A stretch of 64,000 nt of DNA from positions 62,001-126,000 of the forward strand of contig CAIWCD010000014.1 in assembly GCA_903911145.1 (NCBI GenBank), in the 5' to 3' direction. The notes below the pieces were generated by a model. The model saw only the letters and a list, made by a program, of their open reading frames with translations, was not told where the DNA came from and did not search any database. The position numbers and the translations under genes are program-made. Source of the stretch: an uncultured delta proteobacterium. GTDB lineage: Bacteria > Myxococcota > Myxococcia > Myxococcales > 40CM-4-68-19. Position 1 is the stretch's first letter, and each line of letters opens with the position of its first letter. Below, piece after piece: positions 41,689-50,045 of this stretch.

Positions 41689-42459
41689 ATGGCTCGCCCA
41701 CGAAGTGACATTGCGGAGCGGATTCAGCGTGCGGCGCGCGAGCAGTTCCTCGCGCAGGGCGTCGATGGGGCGTCGCTGCGCGCGATCGCCAGCGAGGCCG
41801 AGACCAACATCGGGATGATTTATTATTACTTCCCGACCAAGGATGACCTCTTCTTCGCGGTGGTCGAGTCGACCTATCGCGGGCTGCTCGAGGACGTCTC
41901 GCAGGCGCTCGCTGCCGAGGAGAAAAGCGGCGAAACGGTCCCCGTCGAAGAGCGTCTTCGCCGCGTCTATACGCGCATCTGGCGCGAGAGCGACGACGAG
42001 TTCGCGGTGATCCGCCTCGTGCTGCGCGAAGTGATGGTCAGCGCAGAGCGGGTGAGGCGACTCGGGGCGCTCTTTGCGCAGGGACACATCCCGCTGCTCT
42101 ACGGCACGCTCCATGACGGTATCGATGCTGGCGAGCTGCGCGACGATCTCCCGCCGCTGGCGATGGCGGTTGCCTCGATGGCTCTGGGCGTGGTGCCCAT
42201 GCTCGCGTGGCGCGTGGCGGGTGAGAAGCTGTTGCCCGAGCTGCCGTTGCCTCGGCCGGACGAACTGGGCCAGCTCTTCGCGAACATCCTGCTGCGCGGG
42301 ATCGGTGCGCCGGGCGGAAACATCGCTGGGCCCCGGACGATCTCCACGGTGCGTCGCAAGCCGGTGGCGAAACCGGCGAAACAGCGCAAGTCTGCGCCCA
42401 GAGCGGTCAAGCGTACTCCTGTTCGGCAGCGCACGTTGGCGCCGCGCAGACGTCGCTAG
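41689..42459 (+). CDS. TetR/AcrR-family transcriptional regulator
   Basis: GASLRAIASEAETNIGMIYYYFPTKDDLF HTH; basic low-complexity tail. Confidence 0.92.
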   Translation: MARPRSDIAERIQRAAREQFLAQGVDGASLRAIASEAETNIGMIYYYFPTKDDLFFAVVESTYRGLLEDVSQALAAEEKSGETVPVEERLRRVYTRIWRESDDEFAVIRLVLREVMVSAERVRRLGALFAQGHIPLLYGTLHDGIDAGELRDDLPPLAMAVASMALGVVPMLAWRVAGEKLLPELPLPRPDELGQLFANILLRGIGAPGGNIAGPRTISTVRRKPVAKPAKQRKSAPRAVKRTPVRQRTLAPRRRR

Positions 42460-42520
42460 CCGCCGGGCGAGACAGCGCCGTTGCTTTCATGCGATCTGAT
42501 CGGCAGAGGAGAGTGGCCGC

Positions 42521-42895
42521 ATGGATGCAGCAATGCTCGAGCACGTTGTCTCGATGGTCGCCATCGTCATGACGATGGGAATGCCGATCGGGATCACGTT
42601 CGTCGTCAAGCACTTCAAGTACAAGCACCGCGAGTTCGATGCAGAGCTCGAGGCGCGCAAGCTGCTCAGCGAGCGGGATCGCGTCGAGCTCGAGAAGCGG
42701 ATCGAGCGGCTCGAGACGATCGTCATGAGCGGCGCGCGCCCGCCTGCCGCGGAGCCGGGTGCACGCTTCACGAATGTCGCGGGACCCGCGCTGGGAGCGG
42801 CCCGCAGCGATGCAGACCTCTTCTCGTCGCCGCCCGATCGGCCGGGCACAGAGACGGCGCCGGCGACACCAAGGGCGCTTCGCGAGAAGGCGTAG
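42521..42895 (+). CDS. Small membrane-anchored coiled-coil protein
   Basis: N-terminal TM helix followed by LEKRIERLETIV coil; GGAG RBS. Confidence 0.65.
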   Translation: MDAAMLEHVVSMVAIVMTMGMPIGITFVVKHFKYKHREFDAELEARKLLSERDRVELEKRIERLETIVMSGARPPAAEPGARFTNVAGPALGAARSDADLFSSPPDRPGTETAPATPRALREKA

Positions 42896-42909
42896 CGCGC
42901 AGAAAACAA

Positions 42910-42943
42910 GAGCGGGACCGCGAAGCCTCTCGCGATCCCGCTC
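42910..42943. terminator. Hairpin between convergent genes (probable terminator)
   Basis: GAGCGGGA..CGCGA / TCGCG..TCCCGCTC stem; A-rich left flank gives a U-rich tail on the dnaK strand. Confidence 0.55.
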
Positions 42944-42968
42944 GATGATTCAGACGCTGCGACGCGCG

Positions 42969-44873
<1,905 letters not shown>

Positions 44874-44913
44874 GGCTCGCTCGCTCTCCAGTGGTGCCTT
44901 CAATGGCGGGCGA

Positions 44914-44941
44914 ACAGTAAGGATGGCGCAAGGTCTGTCAA
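44914..44941 (-). promoter_or_regulatory. Putative sigma70-type promoter of dnaK
   Basis: TTGACA-16 nt-TACTGT on minus strand ~40 nt upstream of ATG. Confidence 0.45.
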
Positions 44942-45028
44942 GCGCCGCTGGCACCGATTTTGAGACGAGGTCTGATCGCGCATCGCGCACGCGACGTCCG
45001 CAGAGCCGCGCGCACTCTGATCGTGCGG

Positions 45029-45799
45029 CTACTTGAGCTGCGTGATCTTCAGCCGCGCATCGGAGGGAACCGCGGTCGGCGTCCCCCACATCCCGCGAAT
45101 ATTCGCGATCGCCTTCCACTGGACTACGCGGTCGCCCTTCGCTGGTTCGCCCTGCGCCAGCTTGATCCGGAACGTCGAAACGTAGCTCCCGACCGGCTGC
45201 GTGGCCGAGCCCGCCTGGCTGTATCCATAGAGGTCGTTCACGTATTGCGAGAGACCATAGTCAAATCGTCGAGGCTCGCTCATCCACTCCGTCTCGACGA
45301 GTGACGCTTGCACCATCAGGTCCGGCCGGGCAGTCCCGTTCGGGATGCAGAGGTAGCTCAGGAAAGTGCCGTCTTGCGTCTTTCTCTGTCCTGGTCGCGG
45401 CGGATAGTCCGAGCTGGCGATGCAGTCGGTGTGGCCGATGGGCGGGCAGTGGAAGCTCCCCGTTGAATACCCCCGGCTGCTCGCCGCGACGCAGAGCGGA
45501 TCGCGATTGGTGCTGCTCGACTCGAACTCCACGACCGTCAGGTCCGGCCGTTGAAAGCGAAAGTTATCGATCTGGTACGAGCTCTCGACGCGGAGGGTGA
45601 CCGTGGCTTCAGGTGCAGCCGCTGTCAGCGCCAGCGCTCCGCCGGTCTCCTGCGCGAGCTCCCAGAACGCGTCAGGATCGTTCCCGGGTTGCGACGACCA
45701 TCCGAACATTCGCGCCGCTCCATAGAGACCGATGAGACCGAGCAGGAAAATGCCACCGAGCACGAGGAGGCCTTTCAACAATCGAACGAGCCAGCGCAT
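45029..45799 (-). CDS. Hypothetical membrane-anchored protein
   Basis: N-terminal TM helix; open frame in gene-sized gap; no recognised motif. Confidence 0.65.
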   Translation of the reverse strand: MRWLVRLLKGLLVLGGIFLLGLIGLYGAARMFGWSSQPGNDPDAFWELAQETGGALALTAAAPEATVTLRVESSYQIDNFRFQRPDLTVVEFESSSTNRDPLCVAASSRGYSTGSFHCPPIGHTDCIASSDYPPRPGQRKTQDGTFLSYLCIPNGTARPDLMVQASLVETEWMSEPRRFDYGLSQYVNDLYGYSQAGSATQPVGSYVSTFRIKLAQGEPAKGDRVVQWKAIANIRGMWGTPTAVPSDARLKITQLK

Positions 45800-45852
45800 C
45801 TCTCTCTTTTCGCATCAACGGGAGCGCGGTGCGACCTCGCGGCGGCTCTCGT

Positions 45853-47208
45853 CTACTCGCTGAGATCGATCTCGACGCGCCGCTCGGAGTCGGCGTGTAC
45901 GTCGACATCGGCCGCGCGCCAACGTTCCAGGCGCAGCGAGCCGACGCGAAGCACGTGATGTCCCGCAGTCACCTGCTCGAGGAGCAGCGGCGTGATTCCG
46001 CGCAGTGTGCCGTCGACGTAGACCTCGGCGCCCTCGGGACGAGAGAGCACGCGCAGATCTCCCTCGGGCGCATGCAGGCTGCTGAGCGGATGATTCTTGA
46101 GCAGCCCGCGCTGCTGCGCAAAGAGCAGGGCGAGCGGGAGCACGATGGCGAGGAGCACTCCGGCCGCGGCGATGGTGCGCAGCGTGCGCGAGCGCTCGCC
46201 CGCGTCCAGCGCGAACGAGCGCGATTCGGGCGCAGGAGGGTTGAGCGAGATCGGCCGCGTGCTCAGCACGCTCGTCGAACCGTCGGGCTCGAGATGAACG
46301 GTGAACTGCTTGCGCGGCGCGTGCGGCCGCGGCGCCCCACTTCCGCTGCCCGTCTCTGTTGGCGTGAGCGCGTCTGCAGCGGCGGTCTCCAGCCAGGCTG
46401 CGAGACGGGCCTGCGCATCGGGAGGCAGCGGCACGGCGACGGCGAGCGCATCGGCGAACGCGGCTGCCGAGGGATAGCGCTCGGCCGCTCCAGGCGCGGT
46501 CGCGCGGTCGAGGACTGCTCGCAGCGCCGGGCCGCACTTGACGTCCGCTGCCTCGGCGACGACGCGCCCGAGCGCAAACTGATCGGCGGCCGGCCCGACC
46601 GGCTTCCTCGCTGCCTGCTCGGGCGCCATGTATCCGCGCTTTCCTTTTGGAGCCGCGCCAGGATCGGTGACGTCGGCATTGCCGAGCGCATGCGCGACGC
46701 CGAAGTCCGCGAGCCGCACCCGCCCGTCGCGAGAGATCAGCACGTTGTCGGGCGAGACATCGCGGTGCACCAACTGCAGCGGCTTGCCGGTCTCGTCGAC
46801 GCCGTCGTGCGCGGCCTGCAGCGCGCGCGCAACCTCCGCGCCCATCCAGGCTGCGAGCGACTCAGGCATCAGCATGTTCCCGAGGCGCGCGTGCTTGAGT
46901 GCCGTGCGCAGGCTCGGCCCGTCGACATATTCGAGCACGAGCAGCGGACCCGCTTCGTCCTCGAGATAGTCGAGAGGCGCGACGATTCCGGGATGGTGCA
47001 AGAGGCCGAGAATGCGCGCCTCGTCGTGCAGCATGTTGCCGAGCCGCTCGTCGTCGGCGCGCTCGGGAGGCAGACACTTGAGCACGACCTTCCGGCGGAA
47101 CGTGCCCGACCCCTCCTGCTGTGCGAGCCAGACCTCGCCCATTCCCCCGGCGCCGAGCCGCTGCAGCAGCACGTACCTGCCGCCGATGCGCTGTCCGGGT
47201 TCGAGCAT
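45853..47208 (-). CDS. Hanks-type Ser/Thr protein kinase with TM and PEGA domain
   Basis: LGAGGMGEV, VVLK, HRDVSPDN, DFG, YMAPE; C-terminal SRPEGAEVYVDG..GITP. Confidence 0.93.
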   Translation of the reverse strand: MLEPGQRIGGRYVLLQRLGAGGMGEVWLAQQEGSGTFRRKVVLKCLPPERADDERLGNMLHDEARILGLLHHPGIVAPLDYLEDEAGPLLVLEYVDGPSLRTALKHARLGNMLMPESLAAWMGAEVARALQAAHDGVDETGKPLQLVHRDVSPDNVLISRDGRVRLADFGVAHALGNADVTDPGAAPKGKRGYMAPEQAARKPVGPAADQFALGRVVAEAADVKCGPALRAVLDRATAPGAAERYPSAAAFADALAVAVPLPPDAQARLAAWLETAAADALTPTETGSGSGAPRPHAPRKQFTVHLEPDGSTSVLSTRPISLNPPAPESRSFALDAGERSRTLRTIAAAGVLLAIVLPLALLFAQQRGLLKNHPLSSLHAPEGDLRVLSRPEGAEVYVDGTLRGITPLLLEQVTAGHHVLRVGSLRLERWRAADVDVHADSERRVEIDLSE

Positions 47209-47327
47209 TGGTTGACTCTAATGCAACTCCGAGGGCGGTCGGCGAGCCGATCCGCGTCGAAATGCATCTTGCAGCGCAGGTCCACATCGAGGATTGTCGC
47301 GCCGCGTCATAACTTCAGGAGGCACCC

Positions 47328-49100
47328 ATGCCGTTCGATCCCAATCGCAGTTTCGGCAAGTCGCTCTTCTTCGGTGAGATCCTCGAGGACCAGCTCTTCC
47401 CCTATCCGGAGATGACCGCCGACTCGCAGGAGATGGTGCGCAGCCTGCTCGATCCGGTGCGCAAGTTCCTCTCGAAGGTCGATGGCCGCACGATGGATCG
47501 CACGGCGGAGATTGCGCCGGGCCTGCTCGATGAGCTCAAGGCGCTCGGCCTCTTCGGCCTGATCGTCCCCGAGGAGTACGGCGGCCTCGGCCTTTCGTCC
47601 GTCTCCTATGCGCGCGTTCTTCAAGAAATCAGCGGCCTCGACCCGACCTCGACGCTGACGCTCGGCGCGCACTCGTCGATCGGCTTCAAGGGCCTGCTCC
47701 TCTTCGGCACGCCCGAGCAGAAGCAGAAGTATCTGCCGCGCCTCGCGACGGGCGAACTGATCGCCGCGTTCTGCCTGACCGAGCCTGGCTCGGGCTCGGA
47801 TGCGTTCTCGATCAAGACCAGCGCGACGAAGAGCGCCGACGGCTCGCACTACATTCTCAACGGGCAGAAGCTCTGGATCACCAACGGAGGCTTCGCCGAC
47901 TTCTTCACCGTCTTCGCCAAGACCACGCCTGACACCGAGACGCAGAAGGGAAAGGTCTCGGCCTTCATCGTCGAGCGCGCGTTCGCGGGCGTGACCAATG
48001 GTCCGCACGAAGACAAGATGGGCATGCGCGGCTCGTCGACGACCTCGATGTATTTCGACAACGTCAAGGTGCCCGTGGAAAACCTCCTCGGTGAAGAGGG
48101 CAAAGGCTTCAAGGTCGCGGTCTCGATTCTGAATCACGGCCGCACCGGATTGGGCGCGGGCGCGGTCGGCGGTCAGAAGCGGATTCTCGAGTTGGCGACG
48201 GCTCGCGCGAATGAGCGCAAGCAGTTCGGCCGCACCATCGGCTCGTTCGGGTTGATTAAAGAGAAGCTTGGCCGCATGGCGATGAACGCCTACGCCTGCG
48301 AGTCGCTCTGCTATTGGGCCGCAGCGAATATCGACCGCGGCTCGACCGACTATTCGCTCGAGGGCGCGGCCACCAAGGTCTTCTGCAGCGAAGCGCTCTG
48401 GACCGCCACCGACGAGGCGCTGCAGATCGCCGGCGGCATGGGTTATATGCGCGAGGAGCCATGGGAGCAGGCGTGCCGCGACGCCCGCATTAATCGAATC
48501 TACGAAGGAACGAACGAGATTAACCGTCTCTACGTCGGATTAACCGGCGTGCAGGGGCCGGGCGAGTTTCTCAAAGGTCTGGGTAAGGAGCTCAGCGAAG
48601 TGCTCAAGGCCCCGATCAAGTCGCTTGGCCTGTTCGGCCAGATCCGCGATGACCTCAAGGGATATGCCGAGCGCAAGGTGCGCCAGACGGTTCCTTATGA
48701 TCGCGCGCAGATCACCAAGGCCCATCCTGCGCTGCGCAAGCAGGTCACGCAGATTGAGGACGAGGTGCAGGCGTTCGCAAGCCTCGTCGAGACGACGCTG
48801 CGGCGGCACGGCAAGGAGATCGTCGAGATGCAGTTCGCGACCAAGCGGCTCGCGGATATCGCCATCGACCTGCTCGCGTGCCTCGCAGTGATCTCGCGCA
48901 CCAGTGCGATCATCCAGAAGCGCGGCAGCGTTGAGAAGGCCAAGAACGAACTGGAGATGACGACCGCGTTCTGCCACGAGGCGCGGCGCCGCATCCACGC
49001 GAACTTCCGCTCGGCGAATCGGAATGCCGACGAGGAGATCAAGAGCGTCGCGGATGCGATGCTGGCGAATGGGAAGACCTCGCACGATATTCTGGATTAA
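47328..49100 (+). CDS. Acyl-CoA dehydrogenase (ACAD9/VLCAD-like)
   Basis: FCLTEPGSGSDA, NGQKLWITNG, RKQFG, GGMGY, RIYEGTNEI; AGGAGG RBS. Confidence 0.95.
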   Translation: MPFDPNRSFGKSLFFGEILEDQLFPYPEMTADSQEMVRSLLDPVRKFLSKVDGRTMDRTAEIAPGLLDELKALGLFGLIVPEEYGGLGLSSVSYARVLQEISGLDPTSTLTLGAHSSIGFKGLLLFGTPEQKQKYLPRLATGELIAAFCLTEPGSGSDAFSIKTSATKSADGSHYILNGQKLWITNGGFADFFTVFAKTTPDTETQKGKVSAFIVERAFAGVTNGPHEDKMGMRGSSTTSMYFDNVKVPVENLLGEEGKGFKVAVSILNHGRTGLGAGAVGGQKRILELATARANERKQFGRTIGSFGLIKEKLGRMAMNAYACESLCYWAAANIDRGSTDYSLEGAATKVFCSEALWTATDEALQIAGGMGYMREEPWEQACRDARINRIYEGTNEINRLYVGLTGVQGPGEFLKGLGKELSEVLKAPIKSLGLFGQIRDDLKGYAERKVRQTVPYDRAQITKAHPALRKQVTQIEDEVQAFASLVETTLRRHGKEIVEMQFATKRLADIAIDLLACLAVISRTSAIIQKRGSVEKAKNELEMTTAFCHEARRRIHANFRSANRNADEEIKSVADAMLANGKTSHDILD

Positions 49101-49101
49101 T

Positions 49102-49298
49102 GGCCGGCCGGCGGACTCGATCCATTTTTCCGTGCTCGCTGCTCGATGCCCCGCGAGGGGGCATCTGCGCGGCTGCGCGCGGCAAAAATGGATCGGGCTC
49201 CTGCCTGCCTTGATATCGCCGGGCGGAAGATGGATTCAGGACGGCCGTTTAATCAGCGCGGTTAGCATCGCGAAGAGTTCGCTGGCGTAGCTCGCGAC
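49102..49298 (+). repeat. Direct repeat copy 1: ~110-nt hairpin plus 3' end of four-helix-bundle gene
   Basis: Aligns with 49767-49952; long imperfect stem ending in GATGCCCC-GCGAG-GGGGCATC. Confidence 0.9.
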
Positions 49299-49625
49299 TG
49301 CGCTGGAGGCGGGTTTACTTGCGTCGCCGGTTAATGCGGCGATCTCGACAGCGGCGGCGGATTCGCACGCCTCGCCTCGGGCGATCTGGAAGATGCGGGC
49401 GCGATCGGCGGCGCTCCAGCGGCCTGCGGCCTCGGCGATATTGAGGCATGCGCTCTTCGAGGATTTAGTCGCCTGCTCTCTTAACCGCGCATCGCGGATG
49501 CCGCACGCAACGACCGCTCTTAATAAGTCCAGCGAGCGCTGATACGCGATTAACTTGTGCTGCGGCAGCGACCTCTGCCGAACCTCTTCAATCTCCGCTT
49601 CCGTGTGCTTCAGATATGCCGTCAT
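49236..49625 (-). CDS. Four-helix-bundle protein (23S rRNA IVP / Avd-like fold family)
   Basis: 129 aa; KLIAYQRS...LREQATKSSKSACLNIAEAAGR...FQIARGEACE...MLTALI family pattern; AAGGGG RBS. Confidence 0.88.
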   Translation of the reverse strand: MTAYLKHTEAEIEEVRQRSLPQHKLIAYQRSLDLLRAVVACGIRDARLREQATKSSKSACLNIAEAAGRWSAADRARIFQIARGEACESAAAVEIAALTGDASKPASSAVASYASELFAMLTALIKRPS

Positions 49626-49672
49626 TGGCGTTTCCCCTTTCGCCAGAAAGAAGGGGAAACGCCAATGACGGC
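49618..49672. promoter_or_regulatory. Perfect 22-bp inverted repeat covering RBS and start codon of the four-helix-bundle gene
   Basis: GCCGTCATTGGCGTTTCCCCTT (49618-49639) is the exact reverse complement of AAGGGGAAACGCCAATGACGGC (49651-49672). Confidence 0.9.
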
Positions 49673-49766
49673 CAGGCAGACCGAGACGAAAAAGCATCTC
49701 GCCACTCAATTGCAGGCGCCGTGACAGCGGCAAAGCCGCTGGCGCAAGCCTGCTGACTTGATGAAG

Positions 49767-49952
49767 GGCCGGCCGCTGGACCCGATTTCTTTTTCCGTGC
49801 TCGCTGCTCGATGCCCCACGAGGGGGCATCTGCGCGGCTGCGCGCGCAAAAGGAGATCGGGCTCCCGCCGGCCTTGATGGACCGCACGGAAGAGAATTTC
49901 AGGACGCCCGCTGAATCAGCGCGGTGAGCGTCGCGAACCGCTTACTCGCGAC
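49767..49952 (+). repeat. Direct repeat copy 2: hairpin plus remnant 3' end of a second four-helix-bundle gene
   Basis: Aligns with 49102-49298; minus strand encodes FATLTALIQRAS* versus FAMLTALIKRPS* in the intact gene. Confidence 0.88.
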
Positions 49953-49953
49953 G

Positions 49954-50044
49954 CTCGAACCTCGAACCTCGAACCTCGAACCTCGAACCTCGAACCTCGA
50001 ACCTCGAACCTCGAACCTCGAACCTCGAACCTCGAACCTCGGGC
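49954..50044. repeat. Heptamer tandem repeat (CTCGAAC)12 + CTCGGGC
   Basis: 12 perfect units from 49954 to 50037, ending just before the PKS stop codon. Confidence 0.97.
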
Positions 50045-50045
50045 C

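Noticed and set aside
49626..49829. N-terminal extension of the 197-aa ORF call
   Set aside because: It runs through the hairpins; family similarity and the RBS point to ATG 49625.
49102..49875. Integron attC cassette array or IS element
   Set aside because: No clear RYYYAAC/GTTRRRY ends, no integrase or transposase, no target-site duplication seen.
49102..49952. DGR template/variable repeat pair with Avd
   Set aside because: No reverse transcriptase or target gene in the window, and differences between copies are not adenine-specific; they preserve base pairing instead.
49954..50044. Possible CRISPR array
   Set aside because: 7-bp units with no spacers and no cas genes.
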